From assembly GCA_976226885.1 (NCBI GenBank), contig OZ320318.1, positions 55,924,001 to 55,988,000 on the forward strand: DNA of 64,000 nt, given 5' to 3'. Shown one piece after another: positions 1 through 12,779 of this stretch. The DNA comes from Iphione sp. A-MEVVRFRX5 (taxonomy: Eukaryota). A model generated the notes under the pieces. It was not told the origin of the DNA. It saw only the letters and a list, made by a program, of their open reading frames with translations, and did no database searches. Position numbers and translations under genes: made by a program. Position 1 is the stretch's first letter. Each line of letters begins with the position of its first letter.

Positions 1-1112
1 TAGACTGCCAATCTATATTTGGTGAGAATTAACATATATATATATATTGATATTTTTATACAATAGAAGGTTGCACACGTATCAAGTGAGAATCGAAAGA
101 AGTACATGTACCACCATACGAATACAACCGTGGAGGCTGTTTATTCATGATAATTATCGGATAAACTATGATATTTGAGCCATCATACCTTTTGACGCAT
201 TGTGAGAAAACCTCCTTCGCGAAAATAACTAATTTTACCTGTATCACTGGGAACTATTATTGAACTGATTAGGTGTAATAGCAGGGGCGAGAATAGCAAA
301 TATTGCTTCCAGCCAGTGATATTAATCACTTAGCCGATGGATGCACGCCTGCTTTATTAATAATATTTTAGCTTTATTCTTCCCTTTTTTCTTCATACGA
401 AAAAGTCCCCCTGCGTCTGTCGTAGGAAATAGAATTGACCATTTTTTCGATAGAAAATAATCTTTTCTATCTTTTATTTATACGGTAAATGTAGGTTAGC
501 AGTATGCTTAAGTAGAATAGAAACGACATTGTATGCCCGATCATTTGTTTTATCCCGCTTCTCGGATTCTAATAAGGGTACGATAATTTGTCTACCGACA
601 TTCAGGAGCAAAACTGAGTGTACAGGCCATGTTGGACGGGACAATCGATCTGTACAATCGGACATCCAAGCAACGCACGGTTACAACAAACAGTTGGAGG
701 ACCTTTGTTGTTTGCCCCTGCTGAAAAGAGTCAATGATCATCCCAACCCCGTTCTCAAGTAATGTCCAATTTCTGTGGCCATCTTCTTTATTCTCGAATG
801 TCTCCCAGTTCGGTGAACCAGGCTTCAAATATGAAATGTCTATTACATCTTTTTAAAGATTCACTGCAGTTGTGCGATAGATAACAAAGAACTGTAACTG
901 TTTCGTCTTCCTGCTATCTACGAATGTTATGGACACGGTATTTGCTTGTTTCATATATATTTAAGTACGGCTACTTTATATTTTTCTTTGTACTATTTTT
1001 GGGGTCTCATAATATTTCAAATAATTATGGCAAATGCCAAACTTCTCACAATCTTTCATCATGAGGTTTCTAAAATACTACAACCTTTTTAGCCTTTCTC
1101 TTCCTCATATAC

Positions 1113-1272
1113 CAGGCCCATAGCCATGGGGGAATCGGGGGTATCATCCGATACCCCCCAAAGCCACTAATGCCTTTTTGCCTCTATAGAGAGGGAAAAA
1201 AATTAGTTCCACCTCTGTAATATTGGGGGTATCTTCCGATACCCCCCAAAAATGGTCCTGGCTACGGGCCTG
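1113..1272. mobile_element. 160-bp MITE, 14-bp TIR CAGGCCCRTAGCCA, 5-bp TSD (TATAC)
   Basis: caggcccatagcca...tggctacgggcctg flanked by tatac on both sides; two internal GGGGGTATC-N4-GATACCCCC hairpins; second copy at 56417. Confidence 0.85.
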
Positions 1273-1739
1273 TATACCAGGCTACTGTCTCATTACTTCT
1301 CTACAAAATTACCTAACTACCAAACCCCTAGACTCCTGGACTGTGCAATTAGGCAACTAGACTGCTTCACGTCGGGATACCGATACTAGTAGACTTAAAA
1401 GGACCCTTTTTGCAAAACGCAAATATGTCTAACTGACAGAATACCCATAGATTCAATTATTTCTTGGTCACATCTGCTGTTTTCCTAATCCAGACATCTC
1501 GAAAGATAGCAGAAGGTTAGAACACCTTCATATCTGAAATCATATAGCCTGAAATGTGTTGACCAGGAATAAACTACAGCAAACCTGAACAGAAGTTGCC
1601 TAGATGGACTATACTGTTTGCTACCAGACGTAATGCAGCTCACCATTCTCAGAACTCAGCGGCGAGGTAGTAGAATGTCAAACTCTGCTGCGTCAGCAGG
1701 AGAGTAACCAGGGACATTATGCTTCAACTCATGTATAAA

Positions 1740-1865
1740 AATTGAAATTACATAAGAAAATAGTATTTTCAAAACGTTTTCAAGTTCATTCCCTTTATAA
1801 TGTTTCGGAAACAACGTTTTTTAAATTTCCAAGATGCTTCAGAAAATGTTTTTGTGTTTGCCGGG
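1740..1865. mobile_element. Truncated right end of a CCC-ended (CMC/EnSpm-like) MITE
   Basis: aaaacgttt-rich segment ending aaaatgtttttgtgtttgccggg, like the termini of 36808-37559; no left end found. Confidence 0.45.
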
Positions 1866-2049
1866 ATGTTCTTTTAAAGCACCAGACACCTGACCCATAC
1901 ACAGAGACAGGAACACATGGAATAGGTCTCGTTCTTCTGCATAGAACTATCATTTCCAATACATATGTGTCTGGGGTTAGTTTGACAAAATCGGACACAC
2001 AACATATGCCCCTATCAGTGGAGGAGACCCATTGCTAGCAACTAGTAGC

Positions 2050-2960
2050 AAGCCTTCAAGTCTGACTGTGTGTAGAGCATGGTTGTACCTGCCACGGCAT
2101 TTACTAGGTTTATTCCCAGGCTGGGTAAGGTATACCTAACATCGATGCTGTATGATCCTTGGATGGCAAGTGGACTGCAACACCAAGGGTTTAAGTGGTG
2201 ACCTCTATTTTCTTGATGTCATCTTAACTAGCATCGACAGATGCCTGAGACAATCCTGCAGCCCCAGAATATGTGAATTTCCCAGTCTCTTCATGAATCT
2301 CGCGGTATATATCTCTACCCAGTGAACTGGGAAGACAAGGGAAATCATTTGCTGGTGACATGGTCCCCGTGGATCGATCCAGACGTGGGGATTCGAAAAC
2401 ATTGAGCTGACGTTGGACGTGATACAACGGTGGAATAAGTAGTCCATTACATCCCGCCCTCGCTGATGTGGTAATGTCAGCCTGTCCAAGTGGAAACTCA
2501 AGACCTTTATTGGCAAATAACGTGATAGACAACCCAGTCTAGCAAATATAAACGCAGAGTGTGTGTCGCTAATACATGCAGAGACTTGCAGTGCACGTGG
2601 CAGTTTGTTACACGATTAAACCTTTGTAAGATTTTTTTGGAGGCATCAGACATTCCAGTTGCCATTTTTAATTGTGGCTCAGTTTAGGTGAAATAAAGAG
2701 GATTCACTACAAAATCAAAGTCTCTCCAGAGTTTATTCCTCGAGTAGAAATCTGTAGATATAGATATAGACAATCAGCGAACTGATGAGGGCTTAGGCAT
2801 TCTACGCTGAGTTTAGTGATTATCTTACTGATCAGACTAAAGAACATCAATCGTACATGGCATTGGCTATCTATTAACCAACTAGAAGCCTTGGTACAAA
2901 AAAGGAATTGAATGAATAGAATGCCATCAGCCTTGTCCAGCGGCATTACTACATCGATTT
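2050..2960 (-). mobile_element. Highly decayed LINE reverse-transcriptase relic
   Basis: Motif remnants in correct order across frames: DKADGIL (cf. KAxGxDGI), RYLPIKVLS (cf. NYRPISLL), DRST (cf. GRST), GLSQASVD (cf. DLSKAFD), IQGS (cf. PQGS). Many stops; boundaries approximate. Confidence 0.4.
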
Positions 2961-3409
2961 ATTGGTGCTAACTATAGGCTGAAACCTAGCTTTAGTAAAT
3001 ACTGCTACCAGTAGAGGTCATTGAGGGCAAGACCATAACAGAGGTTGGGGTCAATGAATGCAATTGCCAATGCCTCTGTAAAAGGTACTGTGAGATCAAA
3101 AAGTTCAGTTTGATGAACTCATGGAAATTTCCATTACTGTGTTACTCTGCTGTGATTGGTTGGTTGGAGATCTTCTACTCTCTTTATTAGATGAGGAGAC
3201 TATGATTAGCTACTGAGAGGTCATCCTTATTTCCTAATATGGGGTGAGCTCCCTTATTGGTGGAAAGTGTTGAGCGCTATTCCAATGAAAGTGAATAATC
3301 TGCATGCAACTTGTGGTGTGGTGCTTGCTACCCAGACCTTCCCCATTACTGTTGGCGGGGCCTATTCCAATGTATGCATGTAATGCGCACTACCTTTTTT
3401 GGCATATTT

Positions 3410-3600
3410 CAGGCAAATATGCCTGAGGTTTGCCATTTTTTGGCCAAATATGCCTTAGTTTCCCATTTTTTGGGCCAAATTTGCCTGAATTTAGCTGTGT
3501 TTTGGCCAATTTGCCTGAGTTACACAATTTTTCACCATTTTCTGGCTGCATTTGCCTGATATTTGCTTCTTTCTTGGCCATTTGCCTGGTTTTTGGCTTA
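3410..3600. repeat. ~31-bp minisatellite (ttttggccaaatttgcctgaattt-like), about 6 units
   Basis: tgcct(g/t) anchors at 3420, 3451, 3482, 3512, 3553, 3583. Confidence 0.75.
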
Positions 3601-6600
3601 TTACCAGCCCTCTGAGAGTGGCGGGGTACAGGAAGACCAGACCAATACTAATCATCCCACATGCAGTAGGTGGTGGGTGTGGGTCGTTCACTTACATGTT
3701 TATAGTTATATTTTAACTGCTTGGAGTTATATTTTAACTGCTTTGACCAGACCACCTGCCCTCCATGCACAGAGTGGCCAGTCCATGAGGTTTGCATCCA
3801 TGGGGATAGCGCTTTATACATCTTGTTACTCTGCCTTTTACTGGCATATGTGTACTCATTCGCTGTGATGATTCTATTGAAATGATACATAGTTGCAAGT
3901 GATGGATCTATCTGCTGATTTGTCAGATAATGAGGCTAGTCCTCTGATTGGTTGAAAAGGGTACAAACACTGGTTTTAGAAGGAAATAAAGTTTTGAAAC
4001 TGGCAGCTTGGAGTTACAACTTTATGGGTCCACTTTACAGAACGATCTTTTTTAACATTTCACCTTTGGGTACAGTTTTACCACATTTAACCTATGTATA
4101 GTTCATTGGGATTGGGTCTAAAAAATATCTATTTCCAGTGACATGTTGAAATAACATAGGTCAGAAGTTAGGTGGATTTTTTCATTGCTAATGGATCCTG
4201 AAAACAACAAATGTTTATCATAGTACTACTTCTACTGCTTGGATCTTAATAAAAACTGGTATCATGTGAAAGCTAATCTCAGAAGCAAATTGGTGTTTTG
4301 CATAAATCTCTATCTTTATTTCAAGAAATTCTACTTTGCAGGTTTATATTTTCATGTCAACAAGATGGAAGAGGGGTCATGTGATCAAAGTTGACCCAGT
4401 TTATTTTGTATACTGTCACATGATATTTCTTTTGGCCAATGAAATCCTCACATTCATGTCAACACGTACCCGAAACCAAAATAGCAACTATTGAAAGCAT
4501 CTACATCTGAAGTTGAACAAGAATCAGCATATTGCAGTAATATTCCACTTTTGCCATCTAACTTTGGTCTTAGGTGACGTGGTTAAAATTGTTCACCAAA
4601 AGTAAGAATCCATATGTAAACCCTAAGTGACATCATGATGTTCTGCTGTTTCATCTTGAATATGAAGTGCCCATAGCACTGGCCGACCGTCTATTTATAT
4701 TAAAACATCCAAACGGTTTGGGATTTTCATGATATACATGCACTGAGATGCTACACATAGAGGCCATGTCAGACGCCCCTATTTACCAAGCCAAAAAGTG
4801 AATACATGTACTTCCGCCCATACTCGTCTACACAGTTAAAGCAATAAAGCCATGAAAGTCATGGAAAGGCATCACTAAAATTAATATGATTTAGCATTTA
4901 AGGGAAGATTGTCACATGACTATTTCCTGTATTTTGAATAATATAGGATGAAGAGTTATTTTGTAATCACATAAAATATACCTTAAAAAGGGCATAGCCT
5001 TACTCTCATACAGGGTTTATTTTGATTTTGCCTTGACAGGCCAGGTTAGGCAAGGTGAGTGATAATGAAGGAATTATATATTTGATACATTCAAAAGATA
5101 ATGAAAGTATTGTAAGAAACTTTAACATCATATTAGCAGCGAACGTTATTTTATGTTTTCTATTTTATGTTTTCCTCAAAGGATTTTATTTTTTCTTGAG
5201 GTTTAACTGTAGTTAGAGACAAAGCCAGATGACTGTAACCACCACCAAAAACAGGAGGACTTCAAAGCCTTGTATTTAATGACAGCATTACTTTACATGG
5301 TTTTCAAATGAGAAACATCTGTCTACGGTATAGGAATGCATGAGCCAAAACACATTTCTATGTGTGAAATGTTAGTAATAATACAGGCATTAAACATGTT
5401 GACAATTGCAGGAATTAAACATGTTGACAACTGCTAACCAAACAGGAAGTAGCTTGTCTCCCTAAACCCAATATAGGGCCTATTATGGGATCGTATAAAA
5501 CACTCTATGCTTACCCCGTGGATATTAATTTTCTGGTTAAATAAGTCAGGCGGCGAAAGCGTCTCAGTGGAAATTTCTTCTTTGATCTCTGACAGTAACT
5601 TAGTTACATCCGGACTTTGTTTGTCCTAGTCTGATACATGTTTTGCTCAATCATTGGTTTCACTATGTGAATATCTGTGCGTTTCTCAGCACGACCCTGC
5701 CTCATGAATTCTTTAAGAAAACGACTCCCTTCTTGGGACAAGTGTCATGAATATCATGCTGGGAACTGGAGTACGTGACCTAAACAAGACTGATTCTACT
5801 TTTTGGCCATACGTCTTCTGGCTTCGTGGTGTGGCAGGTCTTTGTCACGGGATTAAATGTCATGACTGGCTGGTAGACAGGTGCGTCACCAATACCTTTC
5901 TCGCAGCAACTCTATCGCTCCAGACAGGTAAGAGAAACGTAAATGATGTAAATTTCTGGAAGAAGCAGAAGGTCCTCTTCGAAATAACTAAAGTACTTTA
6001 CTTAATAGAACTAATTCACTGATCACTGAGTCGTTGAATGAATCTTTTTTTGCCGAAAGTGCTTGCATACAAACCGGGCATCATAATGCACTGTATACCC
6101 TTCTTACCAGTGGATTACTGGTTTGGAGGCTCGTCTATTCTGAGCAGATGGGCTGTAGCTAATACACATTCTATCATGGCGGTTCAAGTCATGAAGTTTG
6201 TTCAAGACTGTGACAGAGCACCTTTTTCTCGTCGGCATTGTTTGTGAACAATGTATAAATCAGTACCCTTGCTTTGACCTGAAAAATTCTAAAATTCTAA
6301 AATAGCTGCTCTAAAACCGCTTTAGAATCGATTCCTTCGCATAATTGAAGTTCAGATACAATATATATATATGCATCTGCGCTATCTATGTTATGCATCA
6401 TATAATATTAATTTTAACAAATCTTGGATTTTGATTGCCTGAATATGTCAACTTTGTCAGCTAAAGCCAGTTTCTGTTTTTCAAAATGTTCTCGCGAAAG
6501 GATATTCCTCCTATATGCACCATTTGCTTCATATATATAACCCAAATACATAATGGAAGTATCTACATCGATAACATGCGGAAACCTCTTTGCTGAGTAT

Positions 6601-8450
6601 TGGGAGTGTCGATTACCACGAGAATGAGAGTCAGTACTTCCCAATGTAAATATTTGTTAATCCATTGGAGCTTTTCTCCCCTACAGTTGACAGGCGCGTT
6701 TTGTATTCTTACATTAAGCACACTTGTCTTGTGACTGGAACCAGGAATACAAGACGGTCCATAAGATGTTATGCTTCGTACCAATGTGAGAAGGATCCAC
6801 TATAGCAGGTAAGAGTAAACGGATTATCATATGAGTATAATTCACCACTGACCATTTGCCTTTTTTTCCCGTATTCAAAACTATCTGTTGACGGAAGAAC
6901 AACAGTTTTAATAATTAAACGCGGTACACACCACATAGTACAGAGTTGCATTAGAGTATTCGTTTTTGAAATTCTGCCATTATCCGCATGAGTCGTATCA
7001 CATTCTATATGAAGGTAATGTAACATAAATGCTAGAAAAAAAATGTCTTCATAGAGAAACCCTGCTCCATTTTAACCCCCCTTTACATAAAATTGTCGAT
7101 GGAAAAAACACGAATATATCAGAACATTTATTCAGCCGCACAATGCAAAGGACTGAATTATAAATGTAGATATATCGCCCCTGCGCCTTTATGGAAGCGT
7201 GGTTGAGCTTTTACAGATAGGAAGGCAGCACTATATTCTCTGGGGTATCTATTGATCAGAGTATCTCACACAGGTAACACGGATGCAGAAGGCCAGTGCC
7301 TGGCTATTTGTCTCTCACTTCACATACTACATACCAGTCCTTGAGCCGAGGTTCTCCCGGCAGCTTACTTCGGCTAGCAAATAGCTATTTTAGAGAGCAA
7401 CGCGTTTAACGGATTGAGTGTATTTATATTCGGTACATGCTAGCAATGTGTAAGAAGCTTTCTGAATATCATCGAAGCATTTTTATCTTTATAACATGGA
7501 TTCTTATACATGTACATAAATGTGTACTTTTGATTTCTAAAAGTGGACGATTAAGCAGATTGTTACCACCTTTACGTGTCAGTACAGACTTTAATATAAC
7601 TCTTTTCCATTCTCAAAATATGTCAAAAACAAATATAGAAATGACGAAGTGCCAACGTAAATATACCAGAAAAATGCTCAAATGTAAGCATTTCTCTGCT
7701 GTACGTTACGCTCGGGATAATGAAATGCGACAAATTGGCCGGATCTGTGTTAAAGCATGAAATTGTTTCAGTGGCGTGTTCGTCATGGTCAGTGGAAAGC
7801 AGTGAAAATTAAATAGAAGGATAAAATGGTACGCGATTCTCAGAGGTGACTTCAATGCTCCCCCTCAAGTACACATTAAGTAATGATATAGTACGAGAAC
7901 CCAACTATAGTAGCCAGGCAGGTTAGAAGGCAGAAATTTGAAAGGCAGATGTTTTTCAATATGATACTGAGATTTTTCATCTTTACCTGAGGTTTCCATC
8001 GTATTTTTTCTCATTTCTTGTGAAAACTTCGAAAGAACATTTTTGGCTTGAACGGGCAAGAATTAAACATGCACAGCCCTTAGGCTGCAATTTCGACCAT
8101 GGTAATCCGTTACCAAGCTCTGATGCTTGATTACGACAGAGCGTCATAATGCCTATTGTTGCATCCTCTTTGTCTGAGTAGGCGTAAGGCTGGCTTTCCT
8201 TGTGTGTGGAAAACACCTGCATAGCTCGGACTGCATGGTGCAGGAAAGAACCATTCTATGACCCACTACAGGGTTCTTTCCATGTCTACGGGTGCATGGT
8301 GCATGGTGCATGGTGTGGAGGGGTGCGGAGGCCAAAAACAGACCTGGGCCATAAAATTCTCTGCACATGCACATGTACGCACCCATAGGATAGAGAAATA
8401 CACCTTGATAGATGTTGTAAATGCTTTTCTAATTTGCATATGATGTGCAT

Positions 8451-8632
8451 AAAAACTGCACAGTTTCCACTGATATGTCTTGACCTCCATGAAAAACTGC
8501 AAAATTTCTACCGATTTGCCTCAATTTCCTTGAAAAACTGCACAGTTTCCACCGATATGCCTCAACCCCCCTGAAAAACTGCACAATTACCACTGCTATG
8601 CTTCGCTCTCCATGAAAAGATGCACAATTTCT
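8451..8632. repeat. 41-bp minisatellite, about 4.5 units
   Basis: aaaaactgc anchors at 8451, 8492, 8533, 8574 and a variant at ~8614; followed by (CT)n and by ggaaacagggcc (~8735-8746), a Harbinger-like end. Confidence 0.8.
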
Positions 8633-8636
8633 CTCT

Positions 8637-8647
8637 TACTCTCTCTC

Positions 8648-8692
<45 letters not shown>
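8637..8692. repeat. (CT)n microsatellite
   Basis: Direct read, with one interruption. Confidence 0.95.
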
Positions 8693-8694
<2 letters not shown>

Positions 8695-9539
8695 CACACA
8701 TACATGGAAAACAACTGTGCATAGAGGTGCGGAAACAGGGCCAATTTTCCAGACAGCCACGCAGTGCATAGAACCCTCCACGTGCATGGAAAGCTGGCCT
8801 TACTTCTTATATCAATCTAATTTAAAGTGAAGATAAAGTAAGCGGTCTTAAAGCACATGACATGCGAGGAATTGAGGGATGTCATGATTCGATCGGGGAA
8901 ATATTTAGATAGAAACATCTAAAGCATTTCAGAAATGTCACATGAAAGTAATGATAACCATATAGTTATACATCTATACAGTCAGACCACTTTACTTTAA
9001 AGACTCGAAAACTTCGGATACATAATGCTTCGAGCTTTATGATGTAACAATGGCTTTATCATTTACATTGTATGCTGAATCATTCCTTCAGTATCCAGTA
9101 TTTCAGACAAAATCCTAGAATACTCAGAAGTCCAAAGTTGGAGTTTGGGTTGAAAAATATGAACAAAAATTTAGGTAACAATTTAGGAAAAGTAAAATAC
9201 GAAATAAAGTATTTTATTCGTTTTAGTACTTTTAATGAATTTCGAGTTCGTTATAGTAGTCTTTTATGCACTTTTAGTCTCTTAGCCACTTTTTTCTTAT
9301 TTTCCTTAGTCCCCCGCCTAACACACTGAACTTTCTTGACTTCTTATTAAATCATGGGGAGAAATTTCTAATGTCCACTGTCCAATGGTGCCAAACTATA
9401 ATATTCTAGAAACATTTGAAACCTAACCACATCTAGGAACATTCCATTCTAACGTTATCTGAATATTACCTCCCTAAATGTTAAATATCTAAGTTGACTT
9501 CAAATTACCTCGACCATCGGTATCCTACAGTTGGAAGCA

Positions 9540-10100
9540 CGACCCAGTTTCATACGTGCTGCAAGACGTGATTGACAGCAAGTGCGTTTGCTTGTATACA
9601 GGTGTATGTGGAGCCGTGGGTGACAGTAATACCCTGCATCACCCTTTCAAGGGTTAATCATTCTTTGACTGCACGTGACGGACGCGTTAAGAACCGAGCA
9701 CGCGCAAAACAGTCATACTCGCGGAAGATTCATCACATACATTTTAGTTAGTAAAGATTTAACCCACCTTTGAAAGCTGCTATGTGCGGGGGATGGTTCT
9801 CACCTGGCCGTCACTCTCTCTCTCTCTCTCTCTCTGTCTCTCTGAGCTGTTCACCGAGCGGCTCGGTCGTGCGACTGCACGTGAGAGCAAATATGGTCCT
9901 CCCCTTCTACTTCAAGCCTTCTAAGCTAAACGTGCCCACCGCACAGAACGCCCACCCATCCGCTAACACGTGGGCAGCTGTTGTTGCGGTGGTGGCGCCA
10001 TCTACGGTGGTAGGCACACTCATCACCACACCGTTAGGGACGACTGAGGGAATTATTGGTCGAGTGCAACAGTAGCATGAATACCAAACGTAAGGTGACA
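9540..10100. promoter_or_regulatory. CpG-rich candidate promoter/first-exon region with three CACGTG E-boxes
   Basis: CACGTG at 9672, 9878 and 9967; GACTGCACGTGA repeated exactly at 9667 and 9873; splice-donor matches on both strands. Confidence 0.35.
9813..9842. repeat. (CT)n microsatellite
   Basis: Direct read. Confidence 0.9.
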
Positions 10101-10414
10101 CTAGTTCGAAGTCTATGATCATCAAATACCAGAGAGAAGTTGTTTCATTTGAAAACACTTTCTGACGGAGGAGAGTTTGAGTCTGCCTCATGAAGTCCAT
10201 TCAAGGAGAGTGCAGGGAGATTTCAATTGATTCTTCAAATGGCTTCCTAAGAACAACATTAATATTGCAGGAAGTAAATGAGCATTTCAAAGCACATTTA
10301 TCCTTGCGTTATTCTCCAATATCTCAGGTTATATCATGTAAACCACAGTCAAGTATTGGCAAAGCCCAGTAAAATGTGCGACGTATTATGCTATACAAAT
10401 GAAAGCCCGTACAA

Positions 10415-10470
10415 CCCTCCTGGCTCCATTGGTATAATAGTGGACTTGTAAAACAGAAGACAGAGTCCCT
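10415..10470 (+). pseudogene. Decayed tRNA-Thr(UGU)-like sequence or SINE head
   Basis: A-box-like tggctccattggta, anticodon-arm-like tggacttgtaaaacag, eroded B-box ..gagtccc; no intact cloverleaf. Confidence 0.3.
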
Positions 10471-10604
10471 TTTTGAAAGCAGTGGGCAAGAATCCTTGAA
10501 AACATTGTATGAAGGATGGGCTATTGCTACGCACGGCGCTCTTAAAGGTTCTTACAGATGCTGGGTTTGGAGGGTTTTCGGGTTTTGCACGATCAAAATC
10601 GTTA

Positions 10605-10802
10605 GGCCCTATTCACATGCATCCTGATTTTTCTGGTGCTCGTCAGCAGACGGGTGCGGACAATTTTCCAGCCCAGCTCTAACATTATACCCACTCACAT
10701 ACATCCGGAAATATCCGTGCCCGCACACGGGTGCGTATGTCAAACTGTCTGGGATAGGACAGATGGGACAGACTTTTTGTCAGGATGTATGTGAACACAG
10801 CC
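10605..10802. mobile_element. PIF/Harbinger-like MITE, TSD TTA
   Basis: tta|ggccctattcacatgcatcctga...tcaggatgtatgtgaacacagcc|tta; 23-bp TIR with 4 mismatches. Confidence 0.8.
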
Positions 10803-11306
10803 TTATTCGGATGGTTTCTAGGAAAGATTTATCTTTATTATAGGTCTCATGACCAAGATTTATTGTAAATTATATCGCATGATTCTATATTATATGACCA
10901 TTAAGACCTTGAATTGAAATGGATGTTACTACACATTTACATTCCAATATATCTAAATTGTTTTAAGCTATTGTGGAAAGTGAAAGCCGTGCTTTAGTTC
11001 GACCTCTGCAGCAAGCTGTGTCAAGATGAGAATGTTAATAGAGTACCATAGTAGCATAAATAGGAGATAGAAAGTACCCTTCCGTCAACTGCATTTGGGT
11101 GACAAATGAAAACACTAAAGCGCTATCCCCATGGATGTGAACCATCCACACCCATGGATAGAATTATACCCATGTGAGCAGACAACCGGACACGCTAATC
11201 TGTGTGTGGGGGGTGATCACTTGTTGTCCAGTCTTCCCAGGCTCCGCCACCTCATGCGGACTGATAATAGAATAGAATAGGAGAGAATAGAGTAAAATAA
11301 ACAGGG

Positions 11307-11420
11307 GAGATCTGCACAAAAAAACACATTTTTTACATAAATTTGACAGGAATTCAGTGAGATCTGCACAAAAAACATATTACTTACACAAATTTGACAA
11401 GAATTCAGTGAGATATGTGC
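11307..11420. repeat. ~52-bp tandem repeat, about 2.2 copies
   Basis: gagatctgcaca at 11307 and 11359; variant gagatatgtgc at 11410. Confidence 0.8.
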
Positions 11421-12571
11421 ACATACACACATGCACACATACACATGTACACATCAGGAAGACAGAGTGTATAATTAACATATATGGGGATAGATCCCGC
11501 CACCTGTTGTGGATGGGTTTGGGATGTCCGCACCACGCCACTTGTTGCATGCGGACTATTTGCATCCATGGGGATAGCGCTTAAAGGTGCTGCCCCCCTC
11601 CCAGCATGAACACTCAATGGATCTACAACGTAAATACGTAAAATGGCGAATGCCTGGTGTATGTGTACCAAATATAACAAACAAGGTAAAACTTGTGAGA
11701 AGTAGTATAATGCCTTTGACGTGAATTTAATAAACATAAACGTAAGTACCACGTCCAAACGTGCACACTACACTCTACTGATCTAGAAGATGGTCGCAAA
11801 ATAAACCTTATCGGTGATAACTTTATTACATAGAAGAAGGTCGTGAATGACAGACAATGAATGCATATGATAGAATAGAACAAGTCGGCGAATTCGCAAT
11901 CTCCGTATATTTAAATTCAGTCTAGCAAAACAGGTTGAAGATGGATGATGTGGTATATATTCAGTGAAACACTTACAATGGGACAAGCACAGCCCACGTC
12001 TGATAGAATATTGATCACTAGTGTTTCTGATACATATCAAACATATGCTGAAATCAAGCTCGTAGAAAAAGTCTTTAAAAGCATGTGTATGTTTTTATTG
12101 GTTGGGGACTAGGATGGTAATCTGCGGTCCACGTGATAAGATTTATTTTCCTTGCACATCCTAAAAGCAGTTGGTGAGCTTTTTCAAACCAAACGGACCT
12201 GTTATTAGGAAGGGGTTTGGTTTTGTTGATACTGGACGCTTGTATGTGCGGAGTTTCTTTCGCTCCCAACCATCTAGGAACAACTATGCAGGGGTATTTG
12301 TATTCAAACTGAAGGTGATATGAAGATTACTAAGACCCAAAGTTAGTATCAAATATCACTCACAACGTAGTTATCCAGATCACCCCTGTGATTATGTCTA
12401 GCGTGTTGTAATCCTGTTGGTACAACATCTTTAATACGCAAGTGATGGGTTCTTTAACTCTTGTACAAATACTTACATCCTGTAAATTGCGATTTTCAGT
12501 GTGCTAAAGCTCCCTCGTCCCTTCTTTCTCCAAATATTATGCATAAATGGTATGAAACTCCAGTCCTTTTT

Positions 12572-12779
12572 TCAGGAGATGAAAGGCCCTCGTCCATAAT
12601 AGTCTGGGAAAAACCTGACTCGTATATGTGGGTTTGGCCGCTGCAGCAGGTTTCCGGCAAGCCTAAAGTCGGTGGTCTGCGCCAGCTGGCGATAAATTGC
12701 CATGGTGTAAATCCAGGTGAAGATGACGACTATTATCAGGACGCCGACGACCACAATGAGGGTTGTTTGTGTTACAGCG
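12572..12779 (-). CDS. Gene 1 exon 13: TM helix and cytoplasmic tail
   Basis: gtactttcag|C GCT..: AVTQTTLIVVVGVLIIVVIFTWIYTMAIYRQLAQTTDFRLAGNLLQRPNPHIRVRFFPDYYGRGPFIS*. Confidence 0.85.

Noticed and set aside
1-1000. CpG-retaining segment at the window start that looks TE-like
   Set aside because: No TIR, TSD, second copy or coding motif is visible in the window.
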